Of a stretch of 64,000 bases of DNA, positions 30,701-45,700 are shown piece by piece. Each line of letters opens with the position of its first letter. Position 1 is the stretch's first letter. The DNA comes from Auanema rhodensis (taxonomy: Eukaryota > Animalia > Nematoda): NCBI GenBank assembly GCA_964057225.1, contig OZ059894.1:4216001-4280000 (forward strand), given 5' to 3'. The notes under the pieces were generated by a model, which saw only the letters and a list, made by a program, of their open reading frames with translations, did no database searches and was not told the DNA's origin. The position numbers and the translations under genes were made by a program.

Positions 30701-33700
30701 CTAAATTATTTTGAAATTTTTCGAAAAAATTTTTGTCAAAATGTTTTTGGAAGCAATGTTGAGTGTACATGGAAACTCAACATACACTAATGCATCATTT
30801 TTCAAACGATCATAACTAATTTTTGTATTAAGCGTTTCTCAATGTAGTATAGTGCATTCGATGCGGATTTTTAAGCTGCGTCAATCTGTGTTATCAGATT
30901 TGCGCTAGCTTAAAAATGCACCGAGATATCAACTGATATAAGTTCACACTTATATCCTCGATTTTCACCCTGAAGAATTAATTTTTTCGTTGAATAACAT
31001 TGTCCATCGTCTTTGCCTTGAAAAATGGAATCTTAAAACATCTACTTTTTGCTAAATTATTTTGAAATTTTTCGAAAAAATTTTTGTCAAAATGTTTTTG
31101 GAAGCAATGTTGAGTGTACATGGAAACTCAACATACACTAATGCATCATTTTTCAAACGATCATAACTAATTTTTGTATCAAGTGTTTCTCAATGTAATA
31201 TAGTGCATTCGATGCGGATTTTTAAGCTGCGTCGATCTGTGTTATCAGATTTGCGCTAGCTTAAAAATGCACCGAGATATCAACTGATATAAGTTCACAC
31301 TTATATCCTCGATTTTCACCCTGAAGAATTAATTTTTTCGTTGAATAACATTGTCCATCGTCTTTGCCTTGAAAAATGGAATCTAAAAACATCTACTTTT
31401 TGCTAAATTATTTTGAAATTTTTCGAAACAATTTTTGTCAAAATGTTTTTGGAAGCAATGTTGAGTGTACATGGAAACTCAACATACACTAATGCATCAT
31501 TTTTCAAACGGTCATAACTAATTTTTGTATCAAGCGTTTCTTAATGTAGTATAGTGCATTCGATCCGGATTTTTAAGCTGCGTCGATCTGTGTTATCAGA
31601 TTTGCGCTAGCTTAAAAATGCACCGAGATATCAACTGATATAAGTTCACACTTATATCCTCGATTTTCACCCTGAAGAATTAATTTTTTTGTTGAATAAC
31701 ATTGTCCATCGTCTTTGCCTTGAAAAATGGAATCTAAAAACATCTACTTTTTGCTAAATTATTTTGAAATTTTTCGAAAAAATTTTTGTCAAAATGTTTT
31801 TGGAAGCAATGTTGAGTGTACATGGAAACTCAACATACACTAATGCATCATTTTTCAAACGATCATAACTAATTTTTGTATCAAGCGTTTCTCAATGTAG
31901 TATAGTGCATTCGATGCGGATTTTTAAGCTGCGTCGATCTGTGTTATCAGATTTGCGCTAGCTTAAAAATGCACCGAGATATCAACTGATATAAGTTCAC
32001 ACTTATATCCTCGATTTTCACCCTGAAGAAATAATTTTTTCGTTGAATATTATTGTCCATCGTCTTTGCCTTGAAAAAAGGAATCTAAAAACATCTACTT
32101 TTTGCTAAATTATTTTGAAATTTTTCGAAAAAATTTTTGTCAAAATGTTTTTGGAAGCAATGTTGAGTGTACATGGAAACTCAACATACACTAATGCATC
32201 ATTTTTCAAACGATCATAACTAATTTTTGTATCAAGCGTTTCTCAATATAGTATAGTGCATTCGATGCGGATTTTTAAGCTGCGTCGATCTGTGTTATCA
32301 GATTTGCGCTAGCTTAAAAATGCACCGAGATATCAACTGATATAAGTTCACACTTATATCCTCGATTTTCACCCTGAAGAATTAATTTTTTCGTTGAATA
32401 ACATTGTCCATCGTCTTTGCCTTGAAAAATGGAATCTAAAAACATCTACTTTTTGCTAAATTATTTTGAAATTTTTCGAAACAATTTTTGTCAAAATGTT
32501 TTTGGAAGCAATGTTGAGTGTACATGGAAACTCAACATACACTAATGCATCATTTTTCAAACGGTCATAACTAATTTTTGTATCAAGCGTTTCTTAATGT
32601 AGTATAGTGCATTCGATCCGGATTTTTAAGCTGCGTCGATCTGTGTTATCAGATTTGCGCTAGCTTAAAAATGCACCGAGATATCAACTGATATAAGTTC
32701 ACACTTATATCCTCGATTTTCACCCTGAAGAATTAATTTTTTTGTTGAATAACATTGTCCATCGTCTTTGCCTTGAAAAATGGAATCTAAAAACATCTAC
32801 TTTTTGCTAAATTATTTTGAAATTTTTCGAAAAAATTTTTGTCAAAATGTTTTTGGAAGCAATGTTGAGTGTACATGGAAACTCAACATACACTAATGCA
32901 TCATTTTTCAAACGATCATAACTAATTTTTGTATCAAGCGTTTCTCAATGTAGTATAGTGCATTCGATGCGGATTTTTAAGCTGCGTCGATCTGTGTTAT
33001 CAGATTTGCGCTAGCTTAAAAATGCACCGAGATATCAACTGATATAAGTTCACACTTATATCCTCGATTTTCACCCTGAAGAAATAATTTTTTCGTTGAA
33101 TATTATTGTCCATCGTCTTTGCCTTGAAAAAAGGAATCTAAAAACATCTACTTTTTGCTAAATTATTTTGAAATTTTTCGAAAAAATTTTTGTCAAAATG
33201 TTTTTGGAAGCAATGTTGAGTGTACATGGAAACTCAACATACACTAATGCATCATTTTTCAAACGATCATAACTAATTTTTGTATCAAGCGTTTCTCAAT
33301 ATAGTATAGTGCATTCGATGCGGATTTTTAAGCTGCGTCGATCTGTGTTATCAGATTTGCGCTAGCTTAAAAATGCACCGAGATATCAACTGATATAAGT
33401 TCACACTTATATCCTCGATTTTCACCCTGAAGAATTAACTTTTTCGTTGAATAACATTGTCTATCGTCTTTGCCTTGAAAAATGGAATCTAAAAACATCT
33501 ACTTTTTGCTAAATTATTTTGAAATTTTTCGAAAAAATTTTTGTCAAAATGTTTTTGGAAGCAATGTTGAGTGTACATGGAAACTCAACATACACTAATG
33601 CATCATTTTTCAAACGATCATAACTAATTTTTGTATTAAGCGTTTCTCAATGTAGTATAGTGCATTCGATGCGGATTTCTAAGCTGCGTCAATCTGTGTT

Positions 33701-36700
33701 ATCAGATTTGCGCTAGCTTAAAAATGCACCGAGATATCAACTGATATAAGTTCACACTTATATCCTCGATTTTCACCCTGAAGAAATAATTTTTTCGTTG
33801 AATAACATTGTCCATCGTCTTTGCCTTGAAAAAAGGAATCTAAAAACATCTACTTTTTGCTAAATTATTTTGAAATTTTTCGAAAAAATTTTTGTCAAAA
33901 TGTTTTTGGAAGCAATGTTGAGTGTACATGGAAACTCAACATACACTAATGCATCATTTTTCTAACGATCATAACTAATTTTTGTATTAAGCTTTTCTCA
34001 ATGTAGTATAGTGCATTCGATGCGGATTTTTAAGCTGCGTCGATCTGTGTTATCAGATTTGCGCTAGCTTAAAAATGCACCGAGATATCAACTGATATAA
34101 GTTCACACTTATATCCTCGATTTTCACCCTGAAGAAATAATTTTTTCGTTGAATAACATTGTCCATCGTCTTTGCCTTGAAAAAAGGAATCTAAAAACAT
34201 CTACTTTTTGCTAAATTATTTTGAAATTTTTCGAAAAAATTTTTGTCAAAATGTTTTTGGAAGCAATGTTGAGTGTACATGGAAACTCAACATACACTAA
34301 TGCATCATTTTTCTAACGATCATAACTAATTTTTGTATTAAGCTTTTCTCAATGTAGTATAGTGCATTCGATGCGGATTTTTAAGCTGCGTCGATCTGTG
34401 TTATCAGATTTGCGCTAGCTTAAAAATGCACCGAGATATCAACTGATATAAGTTCACACTTATATCCTCGATTTTCACCCTGAAGAATTAATTTTTTCGT
34501 TGAATAACATTGTCCATCGTCTTTGCCTTGAAAAATGGAATCTTAAAACATCTACTTTTTGCTAAATTATTTTGAAATTTTTCGAAAAAATTTTTGTCAA
34601 AATGTTTTTGGAAGCAATGTTGAGTGTACATGGAAACTCAACATACACTAATGCATCATTTTTCAAACGATCATAACTAATTTTTGTATCAAGTGTTTCT
34701 CAATGTAATATAGTGCATTCGATGCGGATTTTAAAGCTGCGTCGATCTGTGTTATCAGATTTGCGCTAGCTTAAAAATGCACCGAGATATCAACTGATAT
34801 AAGTTCACACTTATATCCTCGATTTTCACCCTGAAGAATTAATTTTTTCGTTGAATAACATTGTCCATCGTCTTTGCCTTGAAAAATGGAATCTAAAAAC
34901 ATCTACTTTTTGCTAAATTATTTTGAAATTTTTCGAAACAATTTTTGTCAAAATGTTTTTGGAAGCAATGTTGAGTGTACATGGAAACTCAACATACACT
35001 AATGCATCATTTTTCAAACGGTCATAACTAATTTTTGTATCAAGCGTTTCTTAATGTAGTATAGTGCATTCGATCCGGATTTTTAAGCTGCGTCGATCTG
35101 TGTTATCAGATTTGCGCTAGCTTAAAAATGCACCGAGATATCAACTGATATAAGTTCACACTTATATCCTCGATTTTCACCCTGAAGAATTAATTTTTTT
35201 GTTGAATAACATTGTCCATCGTCTTTGCCTTGAAAAATGGAATCTAAAAACATCTACTTTTTGCTAAATTATTTTGAAATTTTTCGAAAAAATTTTTGTC
35301 AAAATGTTTTTGGAAGCAATGTTGAGTGTACATGGAAACTCAACATACACTAATGCATCATTTTTCAAACGATCATAACTAATTTTTGTATCAAGCGTTT
35401 CTTAATGTAGTATAGTGCATTCGATCCGGATTTTTAAGCTGCGTCAATCTGTGTTATCAGATTTGCGCTAGCTTAAAAATGCACCGAGATATCAACTGAT
35501 ATAAGTTCACACTTATATCCTCGATGTTCACCCTGAAGAAATAATTTTTTCGTTGAATAACATTGTCCATCGTCTTTGCCTTGAAAAAAGGAATCTAAAA
35601 ACATCTACTTTTTGCTAAATTATTTTGAAATTTTTCGAAAAAATTTTTGTCAAAATGTTTTTGGAAGCAATGTTGAGTGTACATGGAAACTCAACATACA
35701 CTAATGCATCATTTTTCAAACGATCATAACTAATTTTTGTATTAAGCGTTTCTCAATGTAGTATAGTGCATTCGATGCGGATTTTTAAGCTGCGTCAATC
35801 TGTGTTATCAGATTTGCGCTAGCTTAAAAATGCACCGAGATATCAACTGATATAAGTTCACACTTATATCCTCGATTTTCACCCTGAAGAATTAACTTTT
35901 TCGTTGAATAACATTGTCTATCGTCTTTGCCTTGAAAAATGGAATCTAAAAACATCTACTTTTTGCTAAATTATTTTGAAATTTTTCGAAAAAATTTTTG
36001 TCAAAATGTTTTTGGAAGCAATGTTGAGTGTACATGGAAACTCAACATACACTAATGCATCATTTTTCAAACGATCATAACTAATTTTTGTATTAAGCGT
36101 TTCTCAATGTAGTATAGTGCATTCGATGCGGATTTTTAAGCTGCGTCAATCTGTGTTATCAGATTTGCGCTAGCTTAAAAATGCACCGAGATATCAACTG
36201 ATATAAGTTCACACTTATATCCTCGATTTTCACCCTGAAGAATTAATTTTTTCGTTGAATAACATTGTCCATCGTCTTTGCCTTGAAAAATGGAATCTAA
36301 AAACATCTACTTTTTGCTAAATTATTTTGAAATTTTTCGAAACAATTTTTGTCAAAATGTTTTTGGAAGCAATGTTGAGTGTACATGGAAACTCAACATA
36401 CACTAATGCATCATTTTTCAAACGGTCATAACTAATTTTTGTATCAAGCGTTTCTTAATGTAGTATAGTGCATTCGATCCGGATTTTTAAGCTGCGTCGA
36501 TCTGTGTTATCAGATTTGCGCTAGCTTAAAAATGCACCGAGATATCAACTGATATAAGTTCACACTTATATCCTCGATTTTCACCCTGAAGAATTAATTT
36601 TTTTGTTGAATAACATTGTCCATCGTCTTTGCCTTGAAAAATGGAATCTAAAAACATCTACTTTTTGCTAAATTATTTTGAAATTTTTCGAAAAAATTTT

Positions 36701-39700
36701 TGTCAAAATGTTTTTGGAAGCAATGTTGAGTGTACATGGAAACTCAACATACACTAATGCATCATTTTTCAAACGATCATAACTAATTTTTGTATCAAGC
36801 GTTTCTCAATGTAGTATAGTGCATTCGATGCGGATTTTTAAGCTGCGTCGATCTGTGTTATCAGATTTGCGCTAGCTTAAAAATGCACCGAGATATCAAC
36901 TGATATAAGTTCACACTTATATCCTCGATTTTCACCCTGAAGAAATAATTTTTTCGTTGAATATTATTGTCCATCGTCTTTGCCTTGAAAAAAGGAATCT
37001 AAAAACACCTACTTTTTGCTAAATTATTTTGAAATTTTTCGAAAAAATTTTTGTCAAAATGTTTTTGGAAGCAATGTTGAGTGTACATGGAAACTCAACA
37101 TACACTAATGCATCATTTTTCAAACGATCATAACTAATTTTTGTATCAAGCGTTTCTCAATATAGTATAGTGCATTCGATGCGGATTTTTAAGCTGCGTC
37201 GATCTGTGTTATCAGATTTGCGCTAGCTTAAAAATGCACCGAGATATCAACTGATATAAGTTCACACTTATATCCTCGATTTTCACCCTGAAGAATTAAT
37301 TTTTTCGTTGAATAACATTGTCCATCGTCTTTGCCTTGAAAAATGGAATCTAAAAACATCTACTTTTTGCTAAATTATTTTGAAATTTTTCGAAACAATT
37401 TTTGTCAAAATGTTTTTGGAAGCAATGTTGAGTGTACATGGAAACTCAACATACACTAATGCATCATTTTTCAAACGGTCATAACTAATTTTTGTATCAA
37501 GCGTTTCTTAATGTAGTATAGTGCATTCGATCCGGATTTTTAAGCTGCGTCGATCTGTGTTATCAGATTTGCGCTAGCTTAAAAATGCACCGAGATATCA
37601 ACTGATATAAGTTCACACTTATATCCTCGATTTTCACCCTGAAGAATTAATTTTTTTGTTGAATAACATTGTCCATCGTCTTTGCCTTGAAAAATGGAAT
37701 CTAAAAACATCTACTTTTTGCTAAATTATTTTGAAATTTTTCGAAAAAATTTTTGTCAAAATGTTTTTGGAAGCAATGTTGAGTGTACATGGAAACTCAA
37801 CATACACTAATGCATCATTTTTCAAACGATCATAACTAATTTTTGTATCAAGCGTTTCTCAATGTAGTATAGTGCATTCGATGCGGATTTTTAAGCTGCG
37901 TCGATCTGTGTTATCAGATTTGCGCTAGCTTAAAAATGCACCGAGATATCAACTGATATAAGTTCACACTTATATCCTCGATTTTCACCCTGAAGAAATA
38001 ATTTTTTCGTTGAATATTATTGTCCATCGTCTTTGCCTTGAAAAAAGGAATCTAAAAACATCTACTTTTTGCTAAATTATTTTGAAATTTTTCGAAAAAA
38101 TTTTTGTCAAAATGTTTTTGGAAGCAATGTTGAGTGTACATGGAAACTCAACATACACTAATGCATCATTTTTCAAACGATCATAACTAATTTTTGTATC
38201 AAGCGTTTCTCAATATAGTATAGTGCATTCGATGCGGATTTTTAAGCTGCGTCGATCTGTGTTATCAGATTTGCGCTAGCTTAAAAATGCACCGAGATAT
38301 CAACTGATATAAGTTCACACTTATATCCTCGATTTTCACCCTGAAGAATTAACTTTTTCGTTGAATAACATTGTCTATCGTCTTTGCCTTGAAAAATGGA
38401 ATCTAAAAACATCTACTTTTTGCTAAATTATTTTGAAATTTTTCGAAAAAATTTTTGTCAAAATGTTTTTGGAAGCAATGTTGAGTGTACATGGAAACTC
38501 AACATACACTAATGCATCATTTTTCAAACGATCATAACTAATTTTTGTATTAAGCGTTTCTCAATGTAGTATAGTGCATTCGATGCGGATTTCTAAGCTG
38601 CGTCAATCTGTGTTATCAGATTTGCGCTAGCTTAAAAATGCACCGAGATATCAACTGATATAAGTTCACACTTATATCCTCGATTTTCACCCTGAAGAAA
38701 TAATTTTTTCGTTGAATAACATTGTCCATCGTCTTTGCCTTGAAAAAAGGAATCTAAAAACATCTACTTTTTGCTAAATTATTTTGAAATTTTTCGAAAA
38801 AATTTTTGTCAAAATGTTTTTGGAAGCAATGTTGAGTGTACATGGAAACTCAACATACACTAATGCATCATTTTTCAAACGATCATAACTAATTTTTGTA
38901 TCAAGCGTTTCTCAATATAGTATAGTGCATTCGATGCGGATTTTTAAGCTGCGTCGATCTGTGTTATCAGATTTGCGCTAGCTTAAAAATGCACCGAGAT
39001 ATCAACTGATATAAGTTCACACTTATATCCTCGATTTTCACCCTGAAGAATTAATTTTTTTGTTGAATAACATTGTCCATCGTCTTTGCCTTGAAAAATG
39101 GAATCTAAAAACATCTACTTTTTGCTAAATTATTTTGAAATTTTTCGAAAAAATTTTTGTCAAAATGTTTTTGGAAGCAATGTTGAGTGTACATGGAAAC
39201 TCAACATACACTAATGCATCATTTTTCAAACGATCATAACTAATTTTTGTATCAAGCGTTTCTCAATGTAGTATAGTGCATTCGATGCGGATTTTTAAGC
39301 TGCGTCGATCTGTGTTATCAGATTTGCGCTAGCTTAAAAATGCACCGAGATATCAACTGATATAAGTTCACACTTATATCCTCGATTTTCACCCTGAAGA
39401 AATAATTTTTTCGTTGAATATTATTGTCCATCGTCTTTGCCTTGAAAAAAGGAATCTAAAAACATCTACTTTTTGCTAAATTATTTTGAAATTTTTCGAA
39501 AAAATTTTTGTCAAAATGTTTTTGGAAGCAATGTTGAGTGTACATGGAAACTCAACATACACTAATGCATCATTTTTCAAACGATCATAACTAATTTTTG
39601 TATCAAGCGTTTCTCAATATAGTATAGTGCATTCGATGCGGATTTTTAAGCTGCGTCGATCTGTGTTATCAGATTTGCGCTAGCTTAAAAATGCACCGAG

Positions 39701-42700
39701 ATATCAACTGATATAAGTTCACACTTATATCCTCGATTTTCACCCTGAAGAATTAACTTTTTCGTTGAATAACATTGTCTATCGTCTTTGCCTTGAAAAA
39801 TGGAATCTAAAAACATCTACTTTTTGCTAAATTATTTTGAAATTTTTCGAAAAAATTTTTGTCAAAATGTTTTTGGAAGCAATGTTGAGTGTACATGGAA
39901 ACTCAACATACACTAATGCATCATTTTTCAAACGATCATAACTAATTTTTGTATTAAGCGTTTCTCAATGTAGTATAGTGCATTCGATGCGGATTTCTAA
40001 GCTGCGTCAATCTGTGTTATCAGATTTGCGCTAGCTTAAAAATGCACCGAGATATCAACTGATATAAGTTCACACTTATATCCTCGATTTTCACCCTGAA
40101 GAAATAATTTTTTCGTTGAATAACATTGTCCATCGTCTTTGCCTTGAAAAAAGGAATCTAAAAACATCTACTTTTTGCTAAATTATTTTGAAATTTTTCG
40201 AAAAAATTTTTGTCAAAATGTTTTTGGAAGCAATGTTGAGTGTACATGGAAACTCAACATACACTAATGCATCATTTTTCTAACGATCATAACTAATTTT
40301 TGTATTAAGCTTTTCTCAATGTAGTATAGTGCATTCGATGCGGATTTTTAAGCTGCGTCGATCTGTGTTATCAGATTTGCGCTAGCTTAAAAATGCACCG
40401 AGATATCAACTGATATAAGTTCACACTTATATCCTCGATTTTCACCCTGAAGAAATAATTTTTTCGTTGAATAACATTGTCCATCGTCTTTGCCTTGAAA
40501 AAAGGAATCTAAAAACATCTACTTTTTGCTAAATTATTTTGAAATTTTTCGAAAAAATTTTTGTCAAAATGTTTTTGGAAGCAATGTTGAGTGTACATGG
40601 AAACTCAACATACACTAATGCATCATTTTTCTAACGATCATAACTAATTTTTGTATTAAGCTTTTCTCAATGTAGTATAGTGCATTCGATGCGGATTTTT
40701 AAGCTGCGTCGATCTGTGTTATCAGATTTGCGCTAGCTTAAAAATGCACCGAGATATCAACTGATATAAGTTCACACTTATATCCTCGATTTTCACCCTG
40801 AAGAATTAATTTTTTCGTTGAATAACATTGTCCATCGTCTTTGCCTTGAAAAATGGAATCTTAAAACATCTACTTTTTGCTAAATTATTTTGAAATTTTT
40901 CGAAAAAATTTTTGTCAAAATGTTTTTGGAAGCAATGTTGAGTGTACATGGAAACTCAACATACACTAATGCATCATTTTTCAAACGATCATAACTAATT
41001 TTTGTATCAAGTGTTTCTCAATGTAATATAGTGCATTCGATGCGGATTTTAAAGCTGCGTCGATCTGTGTTATCAGATTTGCGCTAGCTTAAAAATGCAC
41101 CGAGATATCAACTGATATAAGTTCACACTTATATCCTCGATTTTCACCCTGAAGAATTAATTTTTTCGTTGAATAACATTGTCCATCGTCTTTGCCTTGG
41201 AAAATGGAATCTAAAAACATCTACTTTTTGCTAAATTATTTTGAAATTTTTCGAAACAATTTTTGTCAAAATGTTTTTGGAAGCAATGTTGAGTGTACAT
41301 GGAAACTCAACATACACTAATGCATCATTTTTCAAACGGTCATAACTAATTTTTGTATCAAGCGTTTCTTAATGTAGTATAGTGCATTCGATCCGGATTT
41401 TTAAGTTGCGTCGATCTGTGTTATCAGATTTGCGCTAGCTTAAAAATGCACCGAGATATCAACTGATATAAGTTCACACTTATATCCTCGATTTTCACCC
41501 TGAAGAATTAATTTTTTCGTTGAATAACTTTGTCCATCGTCTTTGCCTTGAAAAATGGAATCTAAAAACATCTACTTTTTGCTAAATTATTTTGAAATTT
41601 TTCGAAAAAATTTTTGTCAAAATGTTTTTGGAAGCAATGTTGAGTGTACATGGAAACTCAACATACACTAATGCATCATTTTTCAAACGGTCATAACTAA
41701 TTTTTGTATTAAGCGTTTCTCAATGTAGTATAGTGCATTCGATGCGGATTTTTAAGCTGCGTCGATCTGTGTTATCAGATTTGCGCTAGCTTAAAAATGC
41801 ACCGAGATATCAACTGATATAAGTTCACATTTATATCCTCGATTTTCACCCTGAAGAAATAATTTTTTCGTTGAATAACATTGTCCATCGTCTTTGCTTT
41901 GAAAAAAGGAATCTAAAAACATCTACTTTTTGCTAAATTATTTTGAAATTTTTCGAAAAAATTTTTGTCAAAATGTTTTTGGAAGCAATGTTGAGTGTAC
42001 ATGGAAACTCAACATACACTAATGCATCATTTTTCTAACGATCATAACTAATTTTTGTATTAAGCTTTTCTCAATGTAGTATAGTGCATTCGATGCGGAT
42101 TTTTAAGCTGCGTCGATCTGTGTTATCAGATTTGCGCTAGCTTAAAAATGCACCGAGATATCAACTGATATAAGTTCACACTTATATCCTCGATTTTCAC
42201 CCTGAAGAATTAATTTTTTCGTTGAATAACATTGTCCATCGTCTTTGCCTTGAAAAATGGAATCTTAAAACATCTACTTTTTGCTAAATTATTTTGAAAT
42301 TTTTCGAAAAAATTTTTGTCAAAATGTTTTTGGAAGCAATGTTGAGTGTACATGGAAACTCAACATACACTAATGCATCATTTTTCAAACGATCATAACT
42401 AATTTTTGTATCAAGTGTTTCTCAATGTAATATAGTGCATTCGATGCGGATTTTTAAGCTGCGTCGATCTGTGTTATCAGATTTGCGCTAGCTTAAAAAT
42501 GCACCGAGATATCAACTGATATAAGTTCACACTTATATCCTCGATTTTCACCCTGAAGAATTAATTTTTTCGTTGAATAACATTGTCCATCGTCTTTGCC
42601 TTGAAAAATGGAATCTAAAAACATCTACTTTTTGCTAAATTATTTTGAAATTTTTCGAAACAAATTTTGTCAAAATGTTTTTGGAAGCAATGTTGAGTGT

Positions 42701-45700
42701 ACATGGAAACTCAACATACACTAATGCATCAATTTTCAAACGGTAATAACTAATTTTTGTATCAAGCGTTTCTTAATGTAGTATAGTGTATTCGATCCGG
42801 ATTTTTAAGCTGCGTCAATCTGTGTTATCAGATTTGCGCTAGCTTAAAAATGCACCGAGATATCAACTGATATAAGTTCACACTTATATCCTCGATTTTC
42901 ACCCTGAAGAAATAATTTTTTCGTTGAATAACATTGTCCATCGTCTTTGCCTTGAAAAAAGGAATCTAAAAACATCTACTTTTTGCTAAATTATTTTGAA
43001 ATTTTTCGAAAAAATTTTTGTCAAAATGTTTTTGGAAGCAATGTTGAGTGTACATGGAAACTCAACATACACTAATGCATCATTTTTCTAACGATCATAA
43101 CTAATTTTTGTATTAAGCTTTTCTCAATGTAGTATAGTGCATTCGATGCGGATTTTTAAGCTGCGTCGATCTGTGTTATCAGATTTGCGCTAGCTTAAAA
43201 ATGCACCGAGATATCAACTGATATAAGTTCACACTTATATCCTCGATTTTCACCCTGAAGAATTAATTTTTTCGTTGAATAACATTGTCCATCATCTTTG
43301 CCTTGAAAAATGGAATCTTAAAACATCTACTTTTTGCTAAATTATTTTGAAATTTTTTGAAAAAATTTTTGTCAAAATGTTTTTGGAAGCAATGTTGAGT
43401 GTACATGGAAACTCAACATACACTAATGCATCATTTTTCAAACGATCATAACTAATTTTTGTATCAAGTGTTTCTCAATGTAATATAGTGCATTCGATGC
43501 GGATTTTTAAGCTGCGTCGATCTGTGTTATCAGATTTGCGCTAGCTTAAAAATGCACCGAGATATCAACTGATATAAGTTCACACTTATATCCTCGATTT
43601 TCACCCTGAAGAATTAATTTTTTCGTTGAATAACATTGTCCATCGTCTTTGCCTTGGAAAATGGAATCTAAAAACATCTACTTTTTGCTAAATTATTTTG
43701 AAATTTTTCGAAAAAATTTTTGTCAAAATGTTTTTGGAAGCAATGTTGAGTGTACATGGAAACTCAACATACACTAATGCATCATTTTTCTAACGATCAT
43801 AACTAATTTTTGTATCAAGCGTTTCTTAATGTAGTATAGTGCATTCGATCCGGATTTTTAAGTTGCGTCGATCTGTGTTATCAGATTTGCGCTAGCTTAA
43901 AAATGCACCGAGATATCAACTGATATAAGTTCACACTTATATCCTCGATTTTCACCCTGAAGAATTAATTTTTTCGTTGAATAACTTTGTCCATCGTCTT
44001 TGCCTTGAAAAATGGAATCTAAAAACATCTACTTTTTGCTAAATTATTTTGAAATTTTTCGAAAAAATTTTTGTCAAAATGTTTTTGGAAGCAATGTTGA
44101 GTGTACATGGAAACTCAACATACACTAATGCATCATTTTTCAAACGGTCATAACTAATTTTTGTATTAAGCGTTTCTCAATGTAGTATAGTGCATTCGAT
44201 GCGGATTTTTAAGCTGCGTCGATCTGTGTTATCAGATTTGCGCTAGCTTAAAAATGCACCGAGATATCAACTGATATAAGTTCACATTTATATCCTCGAT
44301 TTTCACCCTGAAGAAATAATTTTTTCGTTGAATAACATTGTCCATCGTCTTTGCTTTGAAATAAGGAATCTAAAAACATCTACTTTTTGCTAAATTATTT
44401 TGAAATTTTTCGAAAAAATTTTTGTCAAAATGTTTTTGGAAGCAATGTTGAGTGTACATGGAAACTCAACATACACTAATGCATCATTTTTCTAACGATC
44501 ATAACTAATTTTTGTATTAAGCTTTTCTCAATGTAGTATAGTGCATTCGATGCGGATTTTTAAGCTGCGTCGATCTGTGTTATCAGATTTGCGCTAGCTT
44601 AAAAATGCACCGAGATATCAACTGATATAAGTTCACACTTATATCCTCGATTTTCACCCTGAAGAATTAATTTTTTCGTTGAATAACATTGTCCATCGTC
44701 TTTGCCTTGAAAAATGGAATCTTAAAACATCTACTTTTTGCTAAATTATTTTGAAATTTTTCGAAAAAATTTTTGTCAAAATGTTTTTGGAAGCAATGTT
44801 GAGTGTACATGGAAACTCAACATACACTAATGCATCATTTTTCAAACGATCATAACTAATTTTTGTATCAAGTGTTTCTCAATGTAATATAGTGCATTCG
44901 ATGCGGATTTTTAAGCTGCGTCGATCTGTGTTATCAGATTTGCGCTAGCTTAAAAATGCACCGAGATATCAACTGATATAAGTTCACACTTATATCCTCG
45001 ATTTTCACCCTGAAGAATTAATTTTTTCGTTGAATAACATTGTCCATCGTCTTTGCCTTGAAAAATGGAATCTAAAAACATCTACTTTTTGCTAAATTAT
45101 TTTGAAATTTTTCGAAACAAATTTTGTCAAAATGTTTTTGGAAGCAATGTTGAGTGTACATGGAAACTCAACATACACTAATGCATCATTTTTCAAACGG
45201 TCATAACTAATTTTTGTATCAAGCGTTTCTTAATGTAGTATAGTGTATTCGATCCGGATTTTTAAGCTGCGTCAATCTGTGTTATCAGATTTGCGCTAGC
45301 TTAAAAATGCACCGAGATATCAACTGATATAAGTTCACACTTATATCCTCGATTTTCACCCTGAAGAAATAATTTTTTCGTTGAATAACATTGTCCATCG
45401 TCTTTGCCTTGAAAAAAGGAATCTAAAAACATCTACTTTTTGCTAAATTATTTTGAAATTTTTCGAAAAAATTTTTGTCAAAATGTTTTTGGAAGCAATG
45501 TTGAGTGTACATGGAAACTCAACATACACTAATGCATCATTTTTCTAACGATCATAACTAATTTTTGTATTAAGCTTTTCTCAATGTAGTATAGTGCATT
45601 CGATGCGGATTTTTAAGCTGCGTCGATCTGTGTTATCAGATTTGCGCTAGCTTAAAAATGCACCGAGATATCAACTGATATAAGTTCACACTTATATCCT